From assembly GCF_004010195.1 (NCBI RefSeq), contig NC_057739.1, positions 45,606,229 to 45,670,228 of the forward strand: DNA of 64,000 nt, in the 5' to 3' direction. Below, piece after piece: positions 38,571-51,029 of the stretch; position 1 is the stretch's first letter; each line of letters opens with the position of its first letter. Source of the DNA: Chiloscyllium plagiosum (lineage: Eukaryota). The translations under genes and the position numbers were made by a program. A model generated the notes under the pieces. The model saw nothing but the letters and a program-made list of their open reading frames with translations. It did no database searches and was not told the origin of the DNA.

Positions 38571-39025
38571 CCCAGAACTGCAGCTTCACAAACCGGAGAT
38601 GAAAACCCGAGTGTTAGTTTAGTGTTGGCAACTGCTGTCATTCTGGACTCGAGCAAGGAGCGACTATTTTCACTTAATTCAGATTCTAACAACTAACAAC
38701 CAGCCCCTAACTCCAGACCAGAGCCGAGAGGCTGAGAACATTAAATAACCTACTACACTAATGTGGCTTCAGGAAATAATTATAAGCTGAAACAGCCCAA
38801 AGATCTTGAAATAGAGATTAGCCAAACAGACTGACTTGATGACCTGCATAAAGCATACATATCACTGAATCATTGAAAACATTATGCACTGTTGTTATTT
38901 ATTCTATTCCATCCCTACAGAATTTTAAACAGTTCTGCTTAATCACAACCAGCTCAGCTCAAACAGGATTCTGCAGTAAAGTGGAGGGTGGAGGGAATGA
39001 TGAGGGAAACTTCCCACAAACTTAC

Positions 39026-39348
39026 TCCGTCTGGTTCTCAGTTTCTGGTTCAATCTTGGTTTGTTTTTTTCTCCCAGAAGTACGTTCTTCTGCAGACTCC
39101 TGGCTGTTCCTTGTTCTCTTTCTGGTGCTCTGCTGTGTTCCCTGGGCGGTGCTTTCATCAGGTTTCAACCTCTTTCCTTTCTGCACAACATGTGTAGCTT
39201 GAGAGTCCGGCTGGGTATTGCTTTCTGCACCTTTCTCTGGTTTAATTCCTTGGTGATTCTCCTTTCCCACAGTCAATGTGTCCTCTTTCAATCGGATCTT
39301 GGATTTACTTTCCGGAACTTTCTTGGCATTAGTTGCCTTACTCATCAG
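39026..39348 (-). CDS. REXO4: REXO4 coding exon 2 (LMSKATNAKK...RKKQTKIEPETENQT), basic low-complexity region
   Basis: tttcaatcag acceptor and ga|gtaagt donor, 323 nt, phase 0/2, matching both neighbours. Confidence 0.88.
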
Positions 39349-39729
39349 CTGATTGAAATAACAGCCCTTAATAAGAATGAGTGAATCATAGAATATCATA
39401 GAATCCCTAAAGTTCAGAAGCAGGCCATTCAGCCCATCGGGTCTAACCAACCCTCCAAAAAACATCCCATCAGACCTACCCCCCTATTGTTAACCAGTTT
39501 TATTCCACTTATCTAAGAAAAGATGCACTGGCTTTGAAGACAGCTCAGAAAAGGCACGCTGGGTTGATCCTGGGGGTGGATCTTATGAAAAGCTGAATAG
39601 GTGGGCCTGTCGTTTTGGAGTTTAGAAGCACAAAGTGTGACTCTATTGAAACATGGATTCCTTCCTGGACTAGATCCACAGCCTTAAATGTCATGACCCT
39701 TTAGCTGAATAGTCTGAGGCTAATTTCCC

Positions 39730-40111
39730 TGAGGGGTGATCTTATAGAAATTTATAAAATCGTGTGGGGCATGGATAGGGTGAATAGACAAGGTATTTTC
39801 TCTGGGGTGGGGTCTTCAAAACTAGACGGCATCGGTTTAAGGTGGATGGGGAAGGATTTAGACGGGACTTTAGGGGCAACATTTTCATGTAGAGAGTGGT
39901 GCATGTATGGAATGAGCTGCCAGAGGAAGTGGTGGAGGATGGTACAGTTACAACATTTGAAAGGCATCTGGATGGGTATATGAATAGGAAGGGTTTGGAG
40001 GGATATGGGCCAAGTGCTGGCAAATGGGACTAGATTAGTTTAAGATATCTGGTAAACATGGACGAGTTGGACCAGAGAGTCTGATTCCATGCTGTACATC
40101 TCTATGACTCT
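39730..40111 (+). mobile_element. CR1 LINE 3' end
   Basis: LRGDLIEIYKI...; same family as 4480-4870. Confidence 0.8.
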
Positions 40112-41410
40112 AAGGAGATCATGATGGATTTCAGCCTTTTATTACCCAGCAGGTGTAAGAGGCAAGCTGCATTTCAGGATCCACCAGCAGCATCGGAGCT
40201 TGGCAAGAGTTATGTATTTACTTCTCCTATTACCTCATAGGCCCCACACACCCCACATGCTGTCGTATCCATTCAGCTGTGACTAAAACGCCTTTCACCC
40301 AGGTTCACATCTTATTGTAAACTGTCCATCCTTTGTACACTTCTATCCCACTCACCTTACACAGTGTGCACCTGCTCCAACCAACATGCTTACCATCCAT
40401 CATCAATCTGAAATATTAACTGATTCTCTCCAGTGATGCTACCTGACAGGAGTATCAGATTTTATTTCGGATTTCCTGCATCTGGAGTCTGCTGCTTTTG
40501 TGTTATGTTTAAAAATTAACTGCTTTCTGGGGAGTTCAACAAACCATCCTGTTTGTGTGGATCCACGATTGAAAATTTGAGAAGGAGGACAAAGACCACA
40601 TTCCCACGGTATCCAGGAATCAGCAATAACTGCAAGCCTTACCAGCGACTCCCACATCCTGAAAATTGATCTTAAAATAGTTCCAACTGTGGCCCCAGAC
40701 AGAGTTAAGGCAACCAATATCTCTGTAATAGATTAATGAGGGACAATGTGGGGACAATGTAAGGGAAAGGCAACAACATCCAAACATCTGCAGGAGCAGG
40801 CCATTCAGCTCTTCAACCTTGCTCTATCACTCAATAAGATCATGGCTAATCTGTTTCAAATTTCACAGTCCCATCTAGCCCTAAGAATCTTTGATTCCCT
40901 CTATCCACCTGCTGGCACACTCAACGGCACAGCCTTCTGAAGCAGCCAGTCCCAAAAATCTGTCAATTCTCAGGGAAAAAAAAATCATGTCCTAAATCAC
41001 CTGAACTTTGTTAATAACCTCCCACCCTGGAGGACCAAGTGCCCAGGTTCAAACACAGGACAATTGCTCGTTCCAATGAAATGAGTTAGCCAAAGTTTCT
41101 TACAGTTTACATTAGCTTTTGACAAAATGAGTACCAGTGAAACCCCCTGAGCCAGCTCAGAGTGTTCAGTCCAGGCAGAATACCATCGAAAAAACAGTAC
41201 ATGCAGGAAACACTGATAATGTCAGGCAGCAACCTTGTAAAGGGAAAGGTAGAGTTTGCATCTCATGTTAAGAGGCTGCAATATTGTTCTCTCTCCACAG
41301 AAGCTGCATCGTCTTCAGCAATATCCAGCATCACATCAAACACAAATTTTCACCTTAATCTTTAAAGATTTTCTTTCAGACAGACATATCTTCCTTTATT
41401 TAAACCTTAC

Positions 41411-41605
41411 CTGACTGAGCGTCTTCCAGTTGGTGGAGTACTCCACAGCAACTCTAGGAGGCAGTACTGACCCAGTGTTTTTTTTGGTCCTCACTGTTTC
41501 CTTGGCCCAGAACCTCCTCCTCCTCTTCAATTTCTTTCGATTGTCCTGCTTTGATGCAGCTGAGGCAGTACTGCCCACATGGAGACCTGGTTTCATGCTG
41601 GCCAT
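41411..41605 (-). CDS. REXO4: REXO4 first coding exon (MASMKPG...KKLKRRRRFWAK...LPPRVAVEYSTNWKTLSQ)
   Basis: ATG at 41605 in strong Kozak context (acaATGg), with an alternative in-frame ATG at 41623. cag|gtaagg donor. S.NWK.L motif and basic NLS. An acceptor just upstream of 41648 suggests a non-coding exon 1. Total CDS 1269 nt = 422 aa. Confidence 0.9.
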
Positions 41606-41899
41606 TGTGTAGTCGTTATCCATTCACTCCCCAAGGACACAACCATTCCTACAAATATAGTTCAGTGTATCAATATATACAGTAGGTGGCCATTCACCCA
41701 TTGTGTGTGTGTTGGTTCTCTGAAAGAGGTATCCAAATTAACCCCATTTCCTGCTCTTTCCTTGCAAATTTCTCATTTTCAAATATTTATCCAATTTCAC
41801 TTTAAAACTCCAATTTAATCTTTCACTAACCTTTGAGGTAATGCATTCCAGACGACAACAACTCACTGCGTCAAAAGAAATGTCTGATTTCCCTCTGGA

Positions 41900-42720
41900 T
41901 ACCTTGTCTATCAATCTATGTCGTAGAGTCGTTCAGCACAGAAACGGACTGTTTGGTCCAACCAGGACTCCAGAAGAGGCCTCATCAATGTCCTGTACAA
42001 CCTCAATATGACATCCCAACTCTCATACTCAAAGGACTGAGCAATGAAGGTCAGCATGCTAAATGCCTTCTTAATCAGACTGAAGTTTGCGACACATGTA
42101 GACAAAGAATTATAAACCTGAACCCCCTAGTCTCTCTGTTCTACAACACTGCCCAATGCCCTACTTTTAATTGTATAAGTCCTGCCCTTGTTTCTTTTAC
42201 CGAAATACAGTACATCACATTTGTGCAAATTAAATTCCATCTGCCATTCAACTCATTGATCCAACTGACCAAAATCGCTTTGTAATCTTAGCTAACATTC
42301 ATCATTGTCTACTATACCACCAGTTTTGCTGTCACCTGCAAACTTACTAACCATGCTTTCTCTATTCTCATCTAAATAATTTATATATAAGTGACAAACA
42401 AAAGTGGACCCAACACCAATCCCTGTGGAATGCTGGTCACAGGTCTCCAGTCCAAAAAACTACCGTCACAGTGTCTCCTGCTGTCAAGTCAATATTGTAT
42501 CCAATTGGCCAAACTTAACTAATTAGTTTATCATACGGAACCTTGTCAAAGGCTTTACTAAAGTCCAAGTACACAACATCCACCACTCTGCCCACAATGT
42601 TCTTGGTTACTTCCTCTTAAAAAAAGTCACATCAAATTTGAGACAATTTTCCTTTGCACAGAACCATGCTGACTATCCCGAATCATTCTTTGCCTCTCCA
42701 AATGCATAGACTGTAAATCC
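41900..42720 (-). mobile_element. CR1 LINE fragment
   Basis: KKAFSMLTFIAQSFEYESWDVILRLYRTLMRPLLE and RT remnants. Confidence 0.75.
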
Positions 42721-43419
42721 TTTCACAATCACCTAGGATTCTCAGGAATCACCTAGGATTCACCTAGGGCTCATTCGATGTAACTGCACTGTTCACCTCT
42801 ATTGACAAAACCCTAGCCAGAGAAACAATAGCCAACCTGCTGGACATACAGAACAGACAACAGGACGTTGAACCTATCAACAAAGACGGCATCCTTAAAC
42901 TACTGGACTTGTGCCTCACAACACACTTCACATTCAACAACCAGATATACGAACAAATCAACGGAACACCCATGGGCTCACCGATCTCTGGACTCATAGC
43001 AGAAGCAGTAATGCAAAGGTTAGAACAAACAGTCTTACCACAAATTCAACCCAAACTCTGGGTCAGATATGTTGATAACTCCTTTGTAATCATTAAAAAC
43101 ACAGAAATAGAGAAAACACACCGGATCAACAACGCCACACTAACAGGAATCAGATTCACGAGAGAAGAAGAAAAGGATAACCAACTCCCATTCCTAGGCG
43201 TGATGGTACAGAGAACACCGAACGGAGAATTCACCACAAAGGTATACAGGAAAGCCACACACACAGACCAAGTCCTGAACTACGAAAGCAACCACCCCAA
43301 CACACACAAAAGAAGTTGCATCAAGACACTATTCAAAAGGGCCACAATGCACTGCTGTACACCAGAACTGCAAAAAGAGGAAGAACACCTCTACAATGTA
43401 TTCGCCAAAAATGGATACC

Positions 43420-43699
43420 NNNNNNNNNNNNNNNNNNNNNNNNNNNNNNNNNNNNNNNNNNNNNNNNNNNNNNNNNNNNNNNNNNNNNNNNNNNNNNNNN
43501 NNNNNNNNNNNNNNNNNNNNNNNNNNNNNNNNNNNNNNNNNNNNNNNNNNNNNNNNNNNNNNNNNNNNNNNNNNNNNNNNNNNNNNNNNNNNNNNNNNNN
43601 NNNNNNNNNNNNNNNNNNNNNNNNNNNNNNNNNNNNNNNNNNNNNNNNNNNNNNNNNNNNNNNNNNNNNNNNNNNNNNNNNNNNNNNNNNNNNNNNNNN
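43420..43699. other. Assembly gap (280 N)
   Basis: Run of n. Confidence 1.
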
Positions 43700-43882
43700 G
43701 TGCTTGGGATCCTCCTGTGAAGCGCTTCTGTGGTGTTTCATGCATCAACAAACACATCGACCTGGACCCAATATACCGGCCACTACAGCGGACAGCTGAA
43801 ACTGACAACCGGAAGCGGCAGGGACAGGCCACTATAAATGCCGGAGGAAACAGCACAGAAGCGCTTCACAGGAGGCTCCCAA

Positions 43883-43922
43883 GCACTGAGGATGTCACCT
43901 AGACAGGGGACGAAATGTTTGC
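43883..43922 (+). ncRNA. Minimal hammerhead ribozyme-like motif in Penelope terminal repeat
   Basis: GCA-CTGAGGA-T-GTCaCCT(agac)AGGgGAC-GAAA-TG-TT-TGC. Confidence 0.6.
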
Positions 43923-44989
43923 AACAAAAATTTCCAGTTCGGCGAACAGAACCACAACATTCTCAGTGACATTGACAAACTGTATCTCTCTGGGACTATC
44001 TGTCTGGGTAACTGTTGATCCATATGTGTGGGTATCTGTACGTGTGTTGTGTGGGTCATGTAGCTCTCTGCTTGTACCTCTCTGGATCCGTATTGTTGTA
44101 TGTTTGTAGCTCGATGTGTCTTTATGTGCAGGTGTATGTTTCTTGGTATCTGTTGATGTGTGTATCTTCTTGCTACTGACAGTCCTGCCACTGGAAACAG
44201 TTTCTCCTAGTTTATTTACATGATTCTCAACATATCTGTTCTCCACTAAACCTGCCCTCCTTTCAGATGAGAAGCCCATCTTCTCTTGCCTCTCCATATT
44301 CTGTGAAGTCCTCCATCGCTTGAAACATTCTAGTAAATTATTTCTTCACTCATCCCAAAGTTTTTACATTCTTCCTAACATGCATCCTTCCTAACTCTAA
44401 CCCATCCAATTTCATTTGCAGTTCGGATTTCAATGTCAAACTCCAGAATAAAATATTCCAAAACAGAACTCAACATAATAATACTGAAATTTAATTATTT
44501 CAACATCTTTACTGATTAAAAGAAATTGCTTTCCTAAAATGTCTTAGACAATTCCCAGATGTTCCAAAGCATTTAACTCAGGAAATGCAGCAGCAACCCA
44601 CACAGAGCAAAATCTCATGTGCAGCAATGCAATAACAATGTGATAATCCAGCTAACAAAATTTTAATATTGGCCAGGACACTGGAAACACCTGACCACCA
44701 CAAAACATCAGGTTGTCAATAACTACAATAGAGTTCAGACAGAGCATGTGCAAACAAGTTACTCCAAATGCTGAAATCTGTGCTAAAAACAACAAAATGT
44801 GAGTCAGTCTGCATTCAGAGGGAGAGGAAGCTAACATTTTGAGTCGAAATGAAGAATCAATTAGACTAGAAGCATTAGCTTACTCTCTCTCCATGGATAC
44901 TGTATGATCCGTCGTGATCGCCAGCATTTGTTGTTTTCAGTTCAGAGAGAATGGTTACAATCCCATCAAGACAACATCCTCAATGGTAC

Positions 44990-45225
44990 CCACTCCCTCA
45001 GCACTGACCCTCCGACAGTGCGGCACTCCCTCAGCACTGACCCTCCGACAGTGCGTCCGACAGTGCCCACTCCCTCAGCACTGACCCTCCGACAGTGCCC
45101 GCTTCCTCAGCACTGACCCTCCGACAGTGCCCACTCCCTCAGCACTGACCCTCCGACAGTGCCCACTCCCTCAGCGCTGACCCTCCGACAGTGCGGCGCT
45201 CCCTCAGCACTGACTCTCCGACGGT
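44990..45225. repeat. 32-33-bp minisatellite (cactccctcagcactgaccctccgacagtgc[c/gg])n, about 7 copies
   Basis: Directly visible tandem units abutting the CpG-rich promoter. Confidence 0.95.
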
Positions 45226-45450
45226 GAACGTCCCCACGTGTTCCTAAACCGGAAGCGGTTCCGCTGCTAAACCGCTCCGACCGGAAATTGTCCTCACAAT
45301 CTGATCCGTTTGGTTAAACGTTCCCCCCGCTCCATCTCCTCAAGAGGATTGACGGGCCGCTCTGCCAATCGGATTTGGAGATCGGCTGCGGAGACCCGGG
45401 ATCCGTGTGGCGTCGCCATGAGCAACGGGGCCTACTGCCCCGCGGAGCCT
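45225..45450. promoter_or_regulatory. CpG-rich housekeeping promoter, probably REXO4 (possibly bidirectional)
   Basis: Main non-repeat CpG-dense patch in the window. CACGTG 45235-45240, ETS CCGGAA at 45249 and 45281, CCAAT 45365-45369, X-box GTCGCCATGAGCAAC 45412-45426. Lies 3.6 kb upstream of the REXO4 ATG exon. Confidence 0.75.
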
Positions 45451-47601
45451 GTACTCCCACAGGCAGAATGTCTGGATTCAGGATTCAGTACAAACACACT
45501 AGTTTATTTCAGTAACTGTCTGAAACTCGTTCTCTCATCTTCAATGGTCTATCCCTGTCGACCTCAAAGTCTGTACAACACCCTTTGGTTTACATTATTC
45601 CCAGAATAGAATAGAATCCCTACAGTGGAAACAGTGACACCAACATTTGTATTTACATTCCGTTGTGTTGATTTGTGTCACCAAGTTTGGTACCACTGGC
45701 AAATTTGGAGTTTTATTCCGTATACCAATACTCAATCATAAAAGTGGTTCAAGCACAGACCCTTGGGAAACATCATGTCCTCCAGTCTGAAAACAACTAC
45801 TTACATAAACTCTGTTTATGCTGTTAGAGCAAGTTGCTTTCATCAGGATAGCATTGACTCTTTTTATCTGTGAGCCTTGGTCACGTCACCAGCATTTCGT
45901 GTTTTGTCCAAGGCTTTCAAATTTCACATGGACAACATCCAATACATGCCCTTCTTCAAAATGATATGGTACTGACCCACTTACCCTGTCACCCTCCCTC
46001 AGACTGATCTCCCAACAGAGCAGCACTCCCTCAGTACTGACTCCTCCTGTGCTGCCGAGTGGATTTAAAACTAATTAGAGCAGGGAAAATGCAAAATGTA
46101 ACATACAAAGCCAAAAGATATTGCAGCATTACAGGGGAACGATTTGAATAATAATACCCAATGTGAGGAAGGGAAGGAGTGAGCAAACTTAGAAAATCAG
46201 CAGCAAATAGAGTCAACAGGGGAAATATGATAAAAAGGCAAAACTAAATCCTCTTTATTCGAATGCACTTTGAATTCATAATGATCAAAATGAATTAACA
46301 GCAGAGATACAGACTATTGAGTATGATGCTATAACTATTGCAAAAACATTCTAACCAGGGGATGGACTCTGGGAAATAAATATTCAGGATATGTGACTTT
46401 TCAAAAGTACAGGCAAAAAGGGAAGGACATTGCGTTAGCTTTGTTAGTGTGAGATGGAATAAGTATGAAAGCAGGGCATGATTTTCGATTGGAAGATGTG
46501 GAATCCATTTAGGTGGATCTAATAACAAGGTGAGTAACATGTTCGTTGGGAAGGTGGTCTATAGCTCTAAAACAGCAACTGTTGTAGGACAAAGAAGTAA
46601 TCAGGAGATAATGAGATACCCTCAAAATTAATAACTATAATATGGTAGAATTTAGCATTCAATTTGAGAGTGTCAATTTGAGAGTGTGAAATTTGGAGCA
46701 GAAACAATTGTGCTAAACATAAATAAGAGTAATTGCTAATGAACGAGGGCGGAGTTAGCTGGAGTTGAGCAGCATCAATACTTGAGGAACAATGGTCGAT
46801 CCTTTAAAAAAATAGCCTGTGACTCACAAGAAAGGTATGAGGAAGTTGGATTCTAGGAAGGGGATAAATCCGCCATGATGAACCAAGGAAATTTAAGGAT
46901 AATATCAAATTGAAAGAAAAAGCATGCAGTCTTAAGACAGAGAGTTGACAAAGTTTCAAAAATCAATAATAAGACAACCAGAAATTTTAAGTCATATCAA
47001 GATGGACAACAAGAGCTTCTTTAAATACATAAAAGAGAAGAGAGTGACCAAGATGAACACAGACCCCTTCACGAATGCGTCTGGGGAATGGCTAAGGAGT
47101 TGAATAAATACTTTGCATCATGATAGAAGACACTAATACAATTCCAAAAATATTAAATAATCACAGAGCAAAAGGGACAGAAGTAATAAATATAATAACT
47201 ATCACTAGAGAAAACGATCAAGAGAAATAAATGGGACTAAAATACAATAAGTCCCCTGGACCTGATGGATGTGCTCTTGGATATTTAAAGATGGTAGAAA
47301 CGCTGGATTTTCTGTAGATTTTGGAAAAGTTCCAAAAAATGGCAAGATGCCAATGTGATATCCTTGTTAAAAAATGAAGAAGACAAAAAACCAGGTAACT
47401 ATAGGTCAGTTAGCCTAATGACTAATTGCAAAAATGTTAGAGTCTATTATAAAGGATGTAATAGAACATTTAAATACATAATATAATCAAGCAGAGCCTG
47501 CATGGTATTATGAAGAGGAAATCATGTCTGATAAATTTACTAGAATTCTTTAAGGAAGTAAGAAGCAGAATAGATAAGAAGTGGATGTAATGCATTTGAA
47601 T

Positions 47602-47768
47602 TGATGTTTTGGGCATAAGCCCTTCATCAGGAAGCTCATTCCTGATGAAGGGCTTATGTCTGAAACATCAATTCTCCTGCTCATCAGATGCTGCCTGACC
47701 AGCTGTGATTTTCCAGCACTACACTCTTCGACTCTGATCTCCAGCATCTGCAGTCCTCACTATCTCCT
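47602..47768. mobile_element. Partially palindromic Penelope-derived mini element
   Basis: ttgatgttttgggcataagcccttcatcaggaa / ttcctgatgaagggcttatgtctgaaacatcaa arms. 18-bp TSD gatgtaatgcatttgaat (47584-47601 / 47769-47786). Confidence 0.82.
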
Positions 47769-48675
47769 GATGTAATGCATTTGAATGTCTAGAACACATT
47801 TGAGAAGATACTGCATGTCAAGCTCCTTAATATACTAAGAGTCTATAGTATTGCAGATGGTATATTAGCAGACAGAGAGTTGGGATAACGATGGTATATA
47901 ATGAGTGGAGTGCCTCAGGGAGCAGTGCTGGGGCCACAATTAATTACAATGTATATTGTGACTTGGATGACAAAAGTGAATGTAATATCACCTCATCTGC
48001 AATGACACAAAAACAGGTGGGAAGGCTAAGTGTTGAGGATGACACAAAGAGTCTGCAGAGGGATATGTAAAGTGAGTGGACAAAAAATTGGCAGGTGAAA
48101 TATAATATGGGAAAGTGTGAGGTTCTGCACTTTGGCAGGAACAGTAGAAGAGCTGAATATTATTTAAATGGCAAAAGACTGTGGGTCCTTTTGCATGAAT
48201 CACAAAATGTCAGCATCTGAATTTGGCAGGTTATAGGGAAAGCAAATGAAATGTTGGCCTTTAATCGAAAGGGAATGGAGAATGAATACAGGGAAGTCTT
48301 GGTAAAGCTATTCAAGACACTAATGAGGGCACATCTACAGCTTTAGGCTCCTTATCTAGGGAAAGATATACTGGCATTGGAGGCAGCCTGAAGAAAGCTC
48401 GCTGGGTTGATCCTGGGTGTGGAGGGAATTTATTATGAGGAGAGGAGGAATAGGTTGGGCCTGTACCTTTTGGGGTTTACAAGAACAAAGTGTGATTTTA
48501 TTGAAATATATAAGATTCTTATGGGACTTAACAGGATAGATATGGAGAAGTTGTTTCCCCTTGTTGGAGAGACTAGGACCAGAAAAAGAGACAATTGGGG
48601 AATTTCTTCTCTCAGAGTACCCTCTATGAATTTATGGAAGGCTTTACTGTGTAAGGATGTAGATTGAGATTGACT

Positions 48676-48804
48676 TGGAGGTCACCACTGATGATGTTAC
48701 CTAGCCAGGGAATGAAATGTCTGGATATCAAACCTACAGCTCAGCGAGCAAACCTACACCCTAAACCTCAACTTGAGCTACAAACCTTCACAAACCTTGC
48801 AAAA
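48676..48804 (+). mobile_element. Solo Penelope terminal repeat with hammerhead motif (48685-48724)
   Basis: CCA-CTGATGA-T-GTTACCT(agcc)AGGGAAT-GAAA-TG-TC-TGG. 13-bp TSD attgagattgact (48663-48675 / 48805-48817). Confidence 0.82.
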
Positions 48805-49321
48805 ATTGAGATTGACTGATTTTGAATTAGGAAGGGAATCAAGGGGTATGGGGAAAAGGCAGGAAAACTGAAGTCAGGGATTACCAGATTTGCAACAATC
48901 TCATTGAATGCCAGAGTCTATTTGATGGCCTATCTCCAATCTTCTATCTCATGATCTTATAATCTACTGACAGTTGTGTGTCCCTTCAGTATTGACCCTC
49001 CGATAAGGCAGCACTCCTTCAGTACTGACTCTCTGAAACTGCAGAAATTCTTTGCATGGCCTTTTTTAATTTAATCACAGGATGTGTGGGATGTGTGTGT
49101 TGCTGGTTGGGCCAGCATTTATTGCCTGTCCCCAGTTTTGTTGAGTAGGTGATGGTGAATTGGTGAAAGATGTTCAAAGTCATTTAAGATTTGATCAAAT
49201 AAATAAAGAGAAACCATTTCTCTAGCAGAAGGGTCAATAACTGAAGGACATTGATTGAAGAGAATTGGTAAAAAAAGACAAAGGGGAAGATGCAGAGAAT
49301 TTATTCAACTGGAGACTTGTT

Positions 49322-51029
49322 TTGGATATAGGTTTGCTCGCTGAGCTGGAAGGTTCATTTCCAGATGTTTCATTACCCTACTAGGTAACATTTCATTGGG
49401 CCTCAGACGAAGCAATGCTGAAAATTCCTGCTTTCTATTAAATGTTTGAGTTTATTTGGGTTGGTGATGTCATTTCCTGTGGTGATATTATTTCCTGTGT
49501 TGAAGTCACTTCTTGTTCCTTTTCTCACGGGATAGTAGATGGGATCTAACTTGATGTATTTGTTGATAGAGTTCCAGTTGGAATGCCATGCTTCTAGGAA
49601 TTCTCGTGCATGTCTTTGTTTGGCTTGTCCGAGGATGAATGTGTTGTCCCAGTCGAAGTGGTGTCCTTCCTCATCCGTATGTGAGGATACTAGTGAGAGA
49701 GGGTCATGTCTTTTTGTGGCTAGTTAGTGTTCATTATCCTGGTGGCTAGTTTTCTGCCTGTTTGTCCAATGTAGTGTTTGTTACAGTCCTTGCACGGTAT
49801 TTTGTAAATTACACTAGTTTTGCTTGTTGTCTGTATAGGGTCCTTCAAGTTCATTAGCTGCTGTTTTAGTGAGTTTATGGGCTACAATGATGCCAAGGGG
49901 TCTGAGTAGTCTGACAGTCATTTCCGAGATGTCTTTGATGTAGGGGAGAGTAGCTACGATTTCTGGACGTGTTTTGTCTGCTTGTTTGGGTTTATTGCTG
50001 AGAAATTGGCAGACTATGTTCATTGGGTGCCCGTTCTTTTTGAATACATGGTATAGATGATTTTCCTCTGCTCTGTGTAGTTCCTTTGTGCTGCAATGTG
50101 TAGTGGCTCGTTGAAATAATGTTCTGATGCAGCTTCATTTGTGGGTGTTGGGATGATTGCTTCTGTAGTTCAATATTTGGTTTGTATGTGTTGTTTTCCT
50201 GTAGACTCTGGTTTGATGTTCCCCATTGGCTGTTCGCTCTACTGTGACATCTAGGAATGGCAGTTTGTTGGTGTTTTCCTCCTCTTTAGTGGATATTATG
50301 CCAGTACGGGTATTATTGATGGTCTTGAAGGTTTCCTCTAATTTTTTCATTTCGTGATGACAAAGGTGTCATCCACGTAGCGGACCCAGAGTTTTGGTTG
50401 GATGGTTGGCAGAGCTGTTTGTTCGAGTCTCTGCATTACTGCCTCTGCTAAGAACCCTGATATCGTAAATCCCATCGGTGTTCCGTTGGTTTGTCTGTAG
50501 GTTTTGTTGTTGAAGGTGAAGTGGATGGAAAGGCAAAGGTCCACTAGCTTGATGATATTCTCCTTGTTGATGAAGTTACATGAACACCTACTAGCCACAA
50601 AAAGACATGATCCACTCTCACTAGTATCCTCACATACAGATGAGGAAGGACACCAATTCGACTGGGACAACACATCCATCCTAGGACAAGCTAAATAAAA
50701 ACATGCACGAGAGTTCCTGGAAGCATGGCATTCCAACTGGAACTCCAACAACAAACACATCGAATTAGACTCGATCTACCACCCCCTGAGAAAAGGAACA
50801 GGAAGTGACTTCACCACAGGAAATAACATCACCACAGGAAATGACATCACCAACCCAAAGAAACCCAACATATAAATAAAAAGCAGGAATTTTCAGCATT
50901 GCTTCGCCTGAGGCCCACTGAAGATGTTACCTAGTATGGTAACGAAACATCTGGAAATGAACCTTCCTGCTCAGCGAGCAAACCTACATCCAAAACCTAA
51001 ACCTGAGCTACAAATCTTCTCAATACTCG
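49322..51029. mobile_element. Penelope-like element with inverted two-arm structure
   Basis: Minus arm (about 50570 to 49322) encodes GTPMG..ISG, WVRYVDDTF, LPFLDV and the GIY-YIG region, then the terminal repeat. Plus arm (about 50570-51029) repeats the endonuclease C-terminus and terminal repeat. 13-bp TSD ctggagacttgtt (49309-49321 / 51030-51042). Confidence 0.92.
50915..50954 (+). ncRNA. Minimal type I hammerhead ribozyme motif
   Basis: CCA-CTGAAGA-T-GTTACC(tagtat)GGTAAC-GAAA-CA-TC-TGG, with a perfect 6-bp stem II. Confidence 0.72.

Larger units (their letters stand above)
42764..43960 (+). mobile_element. Penelope-like retroelement (RT fragment, gap, inverted and direct terminal repeat)
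   Basis: SFDVTALFTSID...GTPMGSPISG...WVRYVDNSF...LPFLGV...YRKATHTDQ. 43700-43739 is the inverted copy of about 43847-43886. Confidence 0.9.
46050..48960 (+). mobile_element. Long, heavily decayed CR1 LINE
   Basis: aagtcccctggacctgatgg (KSPGPDG), ggagtgcctcagggagcagtgctggggccac (GVPQGAVLGP) and the IEIYKILMGLNRID C-terminus. Confidence 0.8.

Noticed and set aside
42909-43799. 296-aa ORF as a cellular gene or a retron/telomerase-like RT
   Set aside because: It is a Penelope RT with a degenerate YVDN active site, and its length is inflated by the N gap.
3735-45225. CRISPR-like arrays (33-bp periodic repeats at 3735, 22337, 44990)
   Set aside because: Units are head-to-tail with no unique spacers, there are no cas genes, and the context is eukaryotic. 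These are minisatellites.
45310-45609. 99-aa ORF, or the ATG at 45418, as a first exon on +
   Set aside because: No recognisable protein and no convincing donor. The ATG is better explained as the centre of an X-box motif.
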